From: Acidobacteriota bacterium
GTDB taxonomy: Bacteria > Acidobacteriota > UBA6911 > RPQK01 > CBDAPI01
DNA: 64,000 bases
Assembly (NCBI GenBank): GCA_965197285.1
Contig: OZ240092.1
Location: forward strand, 3,947,337-4,011,336
Reading direction: 5' to 3'
Made by a program: the position numbers and the translations under genes. Below the pieces are notes generated by a model. That model had not been told where the DNA came from, ran no database searches, and saw only the letters and a program-made list of their open reading frames with translations. Below are positions 27,426 through 36,500 of the stretch, piece after piece (position 1 is the first letter of the stretch; every line of letters starts with the position of its first letter).

Positions 27426-30152
27426 ATGAACGACGTGATCGACCGCGATTCTCCACGAGATCCCCAACGGCCTTTAACGCTGGCGGAATACCTGCAGGAG
27501 TTAGACGTTTCCGGTTGGCCCCGTCGCCTCAAGCTGATCTTTGTGGCGGCGGCGGTTCTACTGCTCCTGATGGGTCTGAACTGGGCTCGTACTTTCTACA
27601 CGGATTGGCTTTGGTTCAGCAATCTGGGCTACCAGCAGATCCTTCTGAAGATCGTAACCACTAAAGTCTGGCTCTTTTTGGTGGGCGGACTCGTGTTTGC
27701 AGCCATTGCCGGGACCAACCTTCACTTCGTGTTTCGTTCTACCCGGGGACAGGAGCTGCTGGCGCGAAGCACGATCACCCCACACGTCTATGGAACAGTG
27801 AGACAACTCCTGACCTGGCTTTCTGTAGGGAGTGTAGCGCTGATTAGCTTCTTCGTGGCGGCCACTGCGGCTCGGCAGTGGGATAACATTTTGCGTTTTC
27901 TCTGGGCAGTACCTTTTGGCCAGGTGGATCCCATCTTCCAAAAGGATCTGGGCTTTTTCGTCTTTACACTTCCAGTCCTTCACTTCATCCAACAGTGGTT
28001 GGTGGTCGCCCTGATTCTGGGAACTGTGATGGTGGCGGCCCTCTATTACCTGCTTTCCCGATCGCGTGGGGAAGTCTCGATGTTTTCGGGTGGGGTCCAG
28101 GCCCACCTGGCCGGCCTGGGAACCACCATCTTTTTTCTGGTGGCGGTCGGACACTGGCTGGGCCGCTACGATCTCCTTTACTCCACTTCGGGAGCTGTCA
28201 CAGGTGTCGGCTATACGGAGGCCCACGCGGGACTGCCGCTCCATACTCTGATGGCCATAGTGGCGATTCTAAGTGGCATCCTTCTAAGCGCCGGGAGTTT
28301 TACCTCCAGCCGCAGGCTGGCTCATTGGGCGATCGGTCTGTGGTTTGGGCTGAACATCCTGGTTGGATCCGTCGTGCCGTTCCTGGTCCAGCGGTTGTAT
28401 GTGGAACCAAGTGAGCTTGCGAAGGAGAAACCCTACCTGGAAAACCACATCCAGTTAACCCGCCAGGCTTACGGCTTGGACCGCCTGGAGTCGCAGAGCC
28501 ATCCGGCTGGCCGAGCCGTCCGAGCCGAGGCTGTTGCCCAGAATCAAGGCACCGTTCAGAACGTGCGATTGTGGGACGAGGGCCCTCTTCTTGAGAGTTA
28601 CAACCAGATCCAGTTCTTCCGGCTTTACTACGACTTTTTGTCGGTTACGACTGACCGCTATGTGATCGATGGGCAGCTGCGTCAGGTCATGCTTTCCACG
28701 CGGGAGATCTCCGCTGAGAAACTCCCCCAACAGGCTCAACGGTGGGTGAACCGCCACCTGCAGTTTACCCACGGCTATGGAATTGCCATGAGCCCCGTCA
28801 CCGAGGTCGACTCGGGAGGCCGCCCTGCTTTCTTTGTGAAAGATGTTCCACCCCAGGGCGAGATTCCACTCGAGCGCCCCGAGATCTACTATGGTTTGAA
28901 AAGCCTGGATTCCGTGATTGCCAATACCAGGATGCAGGAGTTCAACTATCCGGGGAGGGATGGCCCCGTCTACACTCGCTATGAGGGAGAAGGAGGAGTC
29001 CTTCTCAGCTCTCTGCTTCGGCGGCTGCTTTATGCCTGGCAGTTCCGGGACCTCAACATTTTGATTTCCGGAGAAATCGGGCCGGACAGTCGGCTCCAAT
29101 ATCGACGAACCGTTGCTGAGCGCTTCAATGCGCTCACCCCCTTTCTTCTGCGCGACGAGAACCCTTACGTTGTGGCTACCGACGGGCGTTTGTCCTGGAT
29201 TCAAGACGCCTATACGGTGACCAACCGGTATCCGTATTCCACGGAATGGCAGCGTCAATTCAATTACATCCGCAATAGTGTCAAAGTGGTCATCGACGCC
29301 TATGAAGGCAGCATGGACTTCTACGTTGCCGATACGTCCGATCCCCTGGTCAAGACCTACCAGCGCATCTTTCCCGGGCTTTTCAAGCCCCTGGAAGAGA
29401 TGCCTGGTCATCTGAAGCCCCACCTCCGCTATCCCCTGGGCCTCTTTACGATCCAGGTCCAAATGCTGCTTCAATATCACATGCAGGATGCCGGTGTGTT
29501 CTATAACAGAGAGGATCAGTGGTCTCTTCCACTGCAGACTTCGTTCGGCCGTACGTCAACCTTGGCACCCTACTACATCGTGGCTCGCCTTCCGGGTGAA
29601 GATCGAGAAGAGTTCCTCCTGATTCAGCCGTTTACTCCGGTCGATCGCCACAACCTGGTTGCCTGGATTGCTGCTCGCAACGATGGTCCCCACTATGGAG
29701 AGCTCGTGCTCTTCCGCTTTCCCCCGGGACGACATGTGGATGGTCCCAACCAGGTCGAGGCCCGGATTGACAATGACGCCATTATTTCCGAGCAGTTCAC
29801 ATTGTGGGGACAGGTTGGATCCGAGGTATCGCGAGGCATACTACTCGTCATCCCGCTGGAGGATTCCATACTGTATGCTGAGCCCGTCTTTCTAAAACCG
29901 GAGGCACTGGAGTTCCCCGAGCTGCGCAGGATCATTCTCGCCGATGCCACCAAGGTGGTCATGCACCCTACACTCGACGGTAGTCTTCAAGCTCTCATAG
30001 GAGCCCGGCCTGCGGTTGTTCCTGCCGGGACGGAAGTGGAAGAGCGGGAGGCAACGTCCCTTGCATCGCAGAAGTTGGAGGCGGTCAAAGCCGGGGTAGA
30101 GGAGGCCCTCGAAAAGCTCCGCGAAGTGCTTAATCGGCTCCAGCAACAATAA
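27426..30152 (+). CDS. UPF0182-family large membrane protein
   Basis: 908 aa; N-terminal about 7 TM helices then a large extracytoplasmic domain; length and architecture match UPF0182. Confidence 0.7.
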   Translation: MNDVIDRDSPRDPQRPLTLAEYLQELDVSGWPRRLKLIFVAAAVLLLLMGLNWARTFYTDWLWFSNLGYQQILLKIVTTKVWLFLVGGLVFAAIAGTNLHFVFRSTRGQELLARSTITPHVYGTVRQLLTWLSVGSVALISFFVAATAARQWDNILRFLWAVPFGQVDPIFQKDLGFFVFTLPVLHFIQQWLVVALILGTVMVAALYYLLSRSRGEVSMFSGGVQAHLAGLGTTIFFLVAVGHWLGRYDLLYSTSGAVTGVGYTEAHAGLPLHTLMAIVAILSGILLSAGSFTSSRRLAHWAIGLWFGLNILVGSVVPFLVQRLYVEPSELAKEKPYLENHIQLTRQAYGLDRLESQSHPAGRAVRAEAVAQNQGTVQNVRLWDEGPLLESYNQIQFFRLYYDFLSVTTDRYVIDGQLRQVMLSTREISAEKLPQQAQRWVNRHLQFTHGYGIAMSPVTEVDSGGRPAFFVKDVPPQGEIPLERPEIYYGLKSLDSVIANTRMQEFNYPGRDGPVYTRYEGEGGVLLSSLLRRLLYAWQFRDLNILISGEIGPDSRLQYRRTVAERFNALTPFLLRDENPYVVATDGRLSWIQDAYTVTNRYPYSTEWQRQFNYIRNSVKVVIDAYEGSMDFYVADTSDPLVKTYQRIFPGLFKPLEEMPGHLKPHLRYPLGLFTIQVQMLLQYHMQDAGVFYNREDQWSLPLQTSFGRTSTLAPYYIVARLPGEDREEFLLIQPFTPVDRHNLVAWIAARNDGPHYGELVLFRFPPGRHVDGPNQVEARIDNDAIISEQFTLWGQVGSEVSRGILLVIPLEDSILYAEPVFLKPEALEFPELRRIILADATKVVMHPTLDGSLQALIGARPAVVPAGTEVEEREATSLASQKLEAVKAGVEEALEKLREVLNRLQQQ

Positions 30153-30183
30153 CAATCCCCCAGGTTTCCACCGCGAAAATTCT

Positions 30184-31530
30184 GTGAACGAAAAGAAGAG
30201 TCATCTCACACTCTACATTTGCATCGCGATTGCCGCGGCAATTGCGCTAGCTTTGCTCGCCCCGCTCTTGGCCACAAAACTCCATGTCGGTGGTGAAGTT
30301 TTCCTGCGGTGTCTCAAAATGATGGTGGTTCCGCTGGTGATGACCAGCGTGATGAGCGGCATCTTGGGCCTCGGAGACGTTCGCGAATTGGGGAAGCCCG
30401 GTGGGGCTGCCATTTTGTACTACGTCTCAACAACTATCCTCGCTGTGGTTGTGGGCCTGGCGGTCGTTAATGCAATCAGACCGGGTGAAGGGACGGTAGA
30501 TAAGGCTACGCTTGAGAAGTTTCAGGGAGGAAACAGTTCAAATTCTCCCAAGTCGCGAATGCTGAAAAAGCTGTCCGACGTGACGGGCATGACCGAGGAT
30601 GAAGTCGGCAGTGTTTTCAAGGAACTTCCCAGCGGTGAACCGGAAACGCCAGGTGTAGCGAAGATCCTGGAGAATCTTGTCTTGATGCTTGTGACGGACA
30701 ATCTCTTCGTCAGTGCGTCCGAAACCAATCTGCTCCCGCTGATCGTGTTCTCCATCATCTTTGCGGGAATGCTCACGACACTGGGCCAAAAGGTGGGGTT
30801 GATCAACGATCTGGTCACACAAGCCAATACCGCTCTCATGAACTTCATCATGCTCCTGATGAAGTTGGCACCCATTGGTATTTTCTGTTTGGTGACGGCA
30901 CGCTTCGGTGAAGCGAGGGCCGAAGGCAGGTTTTTGCAAGAGTTGTCGCAAGTCGGTTGGTATTTCGCAACGGTGCTTGCTGGCTTAGCGTTCCATGTGC
31001 TCGTGACACTCCCAGCCATCTACTGGATGTTCACCAAGAAGAATCCTTACAAGTTCATGTATCAAATGTCCCAGGCTCTTTTGACGGCGTTCTCGACGGC
31101 GAGTTCGTCCGCCACGTTGCCGGTGACGATGGAGACGGCACAGAAAGCTGGGGTGTCGAAAAAATCAACGAATTTTGTCTTGCCATTGGGTGCGACGATT
31201 AACATGGACGGCACGGCGTTGTATGAAGCTGCCGCCGCGATTTTCATTGCCCAGGCAATCGGTTTTCATCTCACATTCACGCAACAGGTAATCATCGCTG
31301 TTACAGCGACCCTGGCCGCTATTGGTGCAGCGGGAATTCCAGAAGCCGGTTTAGTTACGATGTTGATCGTCCTGAACGCGGTCGGACTGCCGATAGCGTA
31401 TGTGGGGTTGATCCTTTCCGTAGACTGGCTGCTTGACAGGTTCCGAACCGCAGCAAATGTCCTTGGTGATTCCGTCGGTGCGGCGGTTGTAGAGATGGCA
31501 ATCCCTGTCGAAGGAACGAAGTCAAGTTGA
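30184..31530 (+). CDS. dicarboxylate/amino acid:cation symporter (DAACS; GltP/DctA-like)
   Basis: PLGATINMDGTALYEAAAAIFIAQA and other DAACS signatures. Confidence 0.85.
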   Translation: MNEKKSHLTLYICIAIAAAIALALLAPLLATKLHVGGEVFLRCLKMMVVPLVMTSVMSGILGLGDVRELGKPGGAAILYYVSTTILAVVVGLAVVNAIRPGEGTVDKATLEKFQGGNSSNSPKSRMLKKLSDVTGMTEDEVGSVFKELPSGEPETPGVAKILENLVLMLVTDNLFVSASETNLLPLIVFSIIFAGMLTTLGQKVGLINDLVTQANTALMNFIMLLMKLAPIGIFCLVTARFGEARAEGRFLQELSQVGWYFATVLAGLAFHVLVTLPAIYWMFTKKNPYKFMYQMSQALLTAFSTASSSATLPVTMETAQKAGVSKKSTNFVLPLGATINMDGTALYEAAAAIFIAQAIGFHLTFTQQVIIAVTATLAAIGAAGIPEAGLVTMLIVLNAVGLPIAYVGLILSVDWLLDRFRTAANVLGDSVGAAVVEMAIPVEGTKSS

Positions 31531-31577
31531 AGAAGGCGGTGGGAATCAAGAACTGGAGATTGACCGCGTTGCCTAGC

Positions 31578-31593
31578 TTGCATTGCAATGCAA
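31578..31593. promoter_or_regulatory. perfect 16-bp palindrome TTGCATTGCAATGCAA overlapping the antitoxin start (candidate TA operator)
   Basis: exact dyad immediately at the vapB-like start codon; RHH antitoxins autoregulate through such operators. Confidence 0.45.
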
Positions 31594-31596
31594 TGC

Positions 31597-31848
31597 ATGG
31601 AAAGGCAGCTAACGGTTCGCGTGCCTAAAGAACTGGATGGAGCAATCGGCCTCGCCGCACGCACGCTTCAGCGCACTCGTTCAGAGATTGTGAAGGATGG
31701 CGCTGCGCCAGTTTCTGACTGTTTCCCTCAAGGGACGGCCAGCCGAAAGGGTTGCGGATTTGATCGGTGCCCTGGATTCGAGAGTCCCGGATCTGGCCGC
31801 CAGGCATCGTGAGTACATCCTGGAATCATTGAGAAATGGCCGGTGAGT
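31597..31848 (+). pseudogene. ribbon-helix-helix (CopG/VapB-like) antitoxin with a single-base frameshift near 31697-31700
   Basis: MERQLTVRVPKELDGAIGLAARTLQRTRSEIVKD then, in the +1 frame, ALRQFLTVSLKGRPAERVADLIGALDSRVPDLAARHREYILESLRNGR*, whose stop overlaps the vapC ATG (ATGGCCGGTGA). Confidence 0.55.
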
Positions 31849-32261
31849 TGCTGCTCGACACCGGAGCACTCGTCTCCCTTCTCGACCGAAGCCAGCCGGC
31901 TCATCCTGACGTATCCAGGTTCTTTGCAGCCTGGGATGGCAAGGCGGTCAGCACTGAAGCGGTTCTCACCGAAGCAACTCACCTTCTGGGGAGAGTCGCA
32001 GGAGGTATCGAAGCCTGCCTGAGTTTCTTTCTCCAGGGGGGAGCCGTCCTCGTGCCCCCATCCATTGTTTCCCTCAGACGAGCCCGCGAGCTGCTGATCC
32101 AGTACGCGGACCTTCCGATGGGCTATGCCGACGCAACGCTCGTGGTTCTCGCCGAAGAACTTGGAATCAGCCGGATTTTGACGACCGATAAGCGAGATTT
32201 CGGGATCTACCGCCGGGCAGGCCGGACACGGTGGCGACCAGTCCAATGCCGACGCCGATGA
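31836..32261 (+). CDS. vapC: PIN-domain toxin, VapC family
   Basis: LLDTGALVSLLD (Asp8), TEAVLTEATHLL, LTTDKRDFGIYR acidic residues in PIN order; start overlaps antitoxin stop. Confidence 0.75.
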   Translation: MAGELLLDTGALVSLLDRSQPAHPDVSRFFAAWDGKAVSTEAVLTEATHLLGRVAGGIEACLSFFLQGGAVLVPPSIVSLRRARELLIQYADLPMGYADATLVVLAEELGISRILTTDKRDFGIYRRAGRTRWRPVQCRRR

Positions 32262-32299
32262 AGATCAGCGACCAGGGCAGCCCGCTACAGGCGGCGGGC

Positions 32300-33096
32300 T
32301 CCCATGAGCGCGTCGTAGGGGCCGTTTTTGAGGGCTCAGGGGATCTTCGTCTCGCTCCTACGTTGGGGATGGAACGGCAACAGCTGGCGTTTCACAGCAA
32401 GGAGCCGGTGCTGCAAGCCGAGTTCGAACGTGCCTTCTTCATGTTCACCGACGATACCGCACAGGAGTTGGAGGGCCAGCTCAAGTTTGGTGAGGGCAAC
32501 TCAGCTCAACTGGAGAAGCACTACCGCGAGTGGATCAAGAAGTTGCAGCGTTACGGCCGGGACTGGACGCCTCGTTTGCTCAAGGGACTACTGGCGGAGG
32601 ATCCTACTCAGCATGCGTTTTTCGTAGCCGAAATTTGTACTCAAGGGAAAGTTTCGACCAGCTCAACTTTCACCCTCACCTGCACAGCCTGGCGGCGGAG
32701 GGAGGTTGGGGCCGAGACAACGGCACTTTTCAGTCCGTCAGTTTGCTGAACTCGGACATCCTCAGCGCTATTTTCCGCCAACAAGTGCTGGAAATGATGG
32801 TGCAAAAGCGCCGCCTCAGCCCCGCCTTCGCTCACAAGATCTCCCACTGGCGCCACAGCGGAGGCTTTCAAGTCTACTGCTCCCAGACCGTACAAGCCGA
32901 CGACCGACAGGCCCTCGAGCGGCTGGCTGCCCGCGCTACTGCGCAAGATCTACGAGTCGACCCCTTCACTTGTCCTCGTTGCTCGGGGCCGATGAAAATC
33001 GTGGCGGTCATCGAGCAACCGGAAACCATCCGCCAGATCCGGCTCTCCACCGATTCCATCTATTGGGACGACGTGCCCACCTGGCCGGATTCCTGA
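32300..33096 (+). pseudogene. IS91-family (Y2/HUH) transposase C-terminal remnant, internally frameshifted near 32640
   Basis: FHPHLHSLAAEGGWGRDNG...HWRHSGGFQV...ERLAARAT...CPRCSGPMKIVAVIEQPETIRQI resembles the conserved C-terminal half of IS91/ISCR transposases; N-terminal half absent; two overlapping frames. Confidence 0.5.
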
Positions 33097-33412
33097 GATC
33101 TACGCCCCCAGGAATCGACGGCCCTGCTTGGAGTGCGTCTTGTTTTGCCCTCGTTCCGTTGCCTTGTTGCTGCGCTCGTGTCCCTCCCCCACGCTTCCCT
33201 TGTTACATCCCCGAAACACCCCGCCTTCCGGCCCTCACGGCTCCTTGTAGGCCCATCTTGACCCGCATTTCAGGACTTGCTACCCTCAGCTTGAAAAGCA
33301 AATTACTATCTTCTTGCCTGTGGTGATTCTTATCTGGCTGGACCGGCCACGTTCGGGAGGGAGTTCTGGAGTTACCCGAATTGATGTTTCAGCTGTGGCA
33401 TAGGAGTTAGCT

Positions 33413-34207
33413 GTGAGTTCTGAGGAGCGGTTTGGTTATGAGTGGGACAAGTACTCAGCGATAGATCCCAACTATCAACTGCAGTTTCGTCGCTGGGTGG
33501 CTCCGTTGACACCTCCAGACTTTCAAGACAAAACGGTTTTGGATGCTGGCTGCGGCATGGGCAGGAACAGCTACTGGGCACTCAGGTGGGGGGCAGAAGC
33601 AGTTACTGCGTTTGACTTTGATGAGCGCTCAGTTAGAGCTGCAAGAAAGAACTTGCAAGAGTTTGGTGATCGAGCCCGAGTCATTTATAAGAGTATCTAT
33701 GATCCACAGGGGGAAGATGAGTTTGATATTGTATTTTCTATTGGGGTGATTCATCACCTGGAAGATCCTAAGGCGGCTCTCGCTAATCTTGTAAAGGCAA
33801 CAAAGCCCGGTGGGCGCTTGCTTATCTGGGTTTACAGCCACGAGGGCAACGAGTGGATTGTAAAAGTAGTTGATCCAGTTCGCAAAAACATCACTTCAAA
33901 GTTGCCAGTGGGACTGGTTCACTTTCTAAGCTACTTTGCCTCCATTCCGCTCTGGACTTTCGTAAAAACTTTTCGTGGTCCTGGGGCTTATCTTCGTCAG
34001 CTGGCAAAATTTAGATTTAGCCACGTACACAGCATTGTATTTGATCAGTTGATCCCTTCAGTTGCCAGTTATTGGACAAAGAACGAAGCACTTGGGCTTT
34101 TGAAGGATTTGGCACTTACAAGTATTGCAATCACTTGTCCTGAAAGTGGCACCGGCTGGACGGTCTTGGGGGTAAAAAAACAGGGCTGCTCGTGGGGGCA
34201 ACCCTGA
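33413..34207 (+). CDS. class I SAM-dependent methyltransferase (small-molecule type); markedly lower GC than surroundings
   Basis: VLDAGCGMGRNS motif I, DIVFSIGVIHHLEDP motif; local GC about 48% vs about 62%. Confidence 0.8.
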   Translation: MSSEERFGYEWDKYSAIDPNYQLQFRRWVAPLTPPDFQDKTVLDAGCGMGRNSYWALRWGAEAVTAFDFDERSVRAARKNLQEFGDRARVIYKSIYDPQGEDEFDIVFSIGVIHHLEDPKAALANLVKATKPGGRLLIWVYSHEGNEWIVKVVDPVRKNITSKLPVGLVHFLSYFASIPLWTFVKTFRGPGAYLRQLAKFRFSHVHSIVFDQLIPSVASYWTKNEALGLLKDLALTSIAITCPESGTGWTVLGVKKQGCSWGQP

Positions 34208-34375
34208 AGAGAGTCAGCTGAAAAGCTTATCCATTCTTACCCGCAATTCTCTACGAGGACGAAAAAGGTGTCAGAGTAGACTGTCCCCTTTTTGACCTGC
34301 TTGACGGCTCAGATCAACCACAGACCAAAGCCTCCGGCACGAGACCGGCCCTACAGTAATCTGGTAACCAGGCGG

Positions 34376-34630
34376 TCAGCCCCCGAAGCTGCGGAAGGAT
34401 GGCCGCCGGGATTCATATTCGCGGATGCGGTCCTCGACCTGCAGAGTGAGTCCCACGTCGTCGATACCCTGCAGAAGGCATTTCTTTCGAAAGCGATCGA
34501 TTTCAAAGCCGAAGCTGAGGGCGGGGCCGGCTTGAATCGTTTGTGACTCCAGGTCGACTCCTATTTCGTAGCCGCGTCTTGCCAGGGCGGCATCGCGGAG
34601 TTGAGTCACCCGGTTCTCTGGCAGGACGAT
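34376..34630 (-). pseudogene. leuD: 3' remnant of leuD (3-isopropylmalate dehydratase small subunit); only about 95 C-terminal codons remain
   Basis: ...IVLPENRVTQLRDAALARRGYEIGVDLESQTIQAGPALSFGFEIDRFRKKCLLQGIDDVGLTLQVEDRIREYE matches the LeuD C-terminus (FxIDxFRxxCLLxGLDDIGLTLQ); the N-terminal GCGSSREHAPWAL region is absent on either side of the IS. Confidence 0.6.
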
Positions 34631-36014
34631 GAGCTATGGTCGGAAGTTGTGTATGAGAGGCGGCGTATCCTGAATCCGTGACCTTCAATCATGGATTCAC
34701 CCGGAGACCGAGAAGGAGGATACGCCTTGAAGAAAGATACTGTAGTTTCCATCGACGAACCAACCACAACGAAGGATGCCTTGACGGAAGTTCTGCGTGA
34801 AGGAGCACAGAAGCTTCTGGCTGAGGCGGTTCAAGCCGAGCTGGAGGAGCTGCTGGAAGAGTACGAGGGTCAGCGTGATGGCCAGGGCCGCAAACGTCTG
34901 GTTCGCAACGGCTACCTGCCGAAGCGTGAGATCCAGACAGGGATTGGAGGAATCCCGGTTCGGATTCCGCGGGTTCGAGACCGTGGAACTGGTGAGGAGT
35001 CGGAGGAGATCATCCGCTTTCGTTCCAGCCTGGTGCCTCCCTATCTGAGACGTAGCAAGAGCGTGGAGGAACTGCTGCCCCTGCTTTACCTGAAGGGGAT
35101 CTCCACAGGAGACTTCTCGGATGCGTTGAGTGCACTGTTGGGGCCGGATGCACCGGGACTGTCGGCCAAGACGATCAGCCGGCTCAAAGGCAAGTGGGTC
35201 AAGGATTATGAGAAGTGGAGGCTGCGTGATCTCTCCAACAAGCGCTACGTTTACGTTTGGGCCGATGGCGTGTATGCCAACGTTCGCTTTGACGACGGCC
35301 GGCTTTGCCTTCTGGTGCTGATCGGAGCCCGTGCGGACGGCAAAAAGGAGCTGATTGCCGTGGAAGATGGCTACCGGGAAAGTGAGCAATCCTGGTGGGA
35401 GTTGCTGCGGAATCTGCGCTCCAGAGGCCTGCACAGGGGACCAAAACTGGCGATTGGCGACGGAGCGCTCGGATTCTGGAAAGCCCTGGCCAAGATCTAC
35501 GGCAATACGCGACAGCAACGCTGCTGGATGCACAAGACGGGCAATGTGCTCAACTGTCTGCCCAAGGCCGTTCAGCCAAAAGCAAAGACGGCGCTGCATC
35601 AGATCTGGATGGCTGAAACTCGAGAGAATGCCTATAGGGCCTTTGACGAGTTCATTGCCACCTATCAGCTGAAGTTTCCAAAGGCCACGTCCTGCCTGGC
35701 CAAGGACCGGACAGAGTTGCTGGCTTTCTACGATTTTCCAGCCGAGCACTGGCCACATCTGAGAACCACAAATCCGATCGAGTCGACCTTCGCAACCGTG
35801 AGACTGCGAACGGCCAAGACTCGAGGCTGTTTGTCCAGGCAAACCATGCTGACGATGGTCTTCAAACTATGCAGAAGCGCTGAGAAAAGATGGCGCCGGC
35901 TACAAGGTTGCCGGCGCCTCGGAGAGGTCATAGAAAACGTCACATTTGTAAACGGAATCCGTGAAAACGAGGTCGCCGCCTAATGGGTCCGTACCCAACT
36001 TTTGACAATAACTC
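34631..36014 (+). mobile_element. IS256-family insertion sequence (1384 bp) flanked by 9-bp direct repeat CAGGACGAT
   Basis: imperfect about 25-bp terminal IRs (GAGCTATGGTCGGAAGTTGTGTATG / rc GAGTTATTGTCAAAAGTTGGGTACG); TSD at 34622-34630 and 36015-36023. Confidence 0.8.
34691..35983 (+). CDS. IS256-family (mutator-type) transposase
   Basis: DDE transposase with the IS256 C-terminal signature (…YDFPAEHWPHLRTTNPIESTFATVRLRT…). Confidence 0.9.
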   Translation: MDSPGDREGGYALKKDTVVSIDEPTTTKDALTEVLREGAQKLLAEAVQAELEELLEEYEGQRDGQGRKRLVRNGYLPKREIQTGIGGIPVRIPRVRDRGTGEESEEIIRFRSSLVPPYLRRSKSVEELLPLLYLKGISTGDFSDALSALLGPDAPGLSAKTISRLKGKWVKDYEKWRLRDLSNKRYVYVWADGVYANVRFDDGRLCLLVLIGARADGKKELIAVEDGYRESEQSWWELLRNLRSRGLHRGPKLAIGDGALGFWKALAKIYGNTRQQRCWMHKTGNVLNCLPKAVQPKAKTALHQIWMAETRENAYRAFDEFIATYQLKFPKATSCLAKDRTELLAFYDFPAEHWPHLRTTNPIESTFATVRLRTAKTRGCLSRQTMLTMVFKLCRSAEKRWRRLQGCRRLGEVIENVTFVNGIRENEVAA

Positions 36015-36500
36015 CAGGACGATGGGCAGGAGGTCGTTATTGACACGAATGTCTTTCTCTCAGGCGTCTTCTTTGGCGGGCTACCCTGCCGGATCTTGAG
36101 GGCCTGGCGTGACAGCAAGCTCACCCTGGTTTATTCCTTGGAAATTCTGGGTGAGTATAGAAGAACGGGTGTCAGACTGGCACGTCGGTTCGAAGGGCTA
36201 GATCTCGATCCATTTCTCGCGCTGGTGGTAACTGAAGGCAGGCTTTTCGCCTCCCCCGCCCTGGATGAAGACGTGTGTGAGGACCCTGCAGACGACAAGT
36301 TCTTCGCATGCGCGGTCGCGAGCGGCTGCAGGCTGATTGTTAGTGGTGACAAGCATCTGCTCAAGGCAACGGGATACACAGCATTGAAGTGCTCCGGCCT
36401 CGAGCATTCGTGGAGAGTTATCTCTAGCCCGGATTATGCAAGAGATCTAAATTCAAGTGAGATTTGGGCCCAGGAAAAAGGCCGTAGCTCTCTGATATAA
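36015..36500 (+). pseudogene. PIN-family toxin (TIGR00305-like toxin-antitoxin component PIN family). Its 5' end is split off by the IS256 insertion and its 3' end runs into the IS1380 terminal repeat
   Basis: VVIDTNVFLSGVFFGG...DPADDKFFACAVASGCRLIVSGDKHLL matches the family; no start codon after the IS; a candidate original TTG start lies at 34601 on the other side of the IS. Confidence 0.6.

Noticed and set aside
28455-29480. 341-aa - strand ORF
   Set aside because: Antisense to the UPF0182 gene, whose frame is continuous for 908 aa.
34697-35842. 381-aa - strand ORF inside IS256
   Set aside because: Antisense to the IS256 transposase, which carries the family signature.
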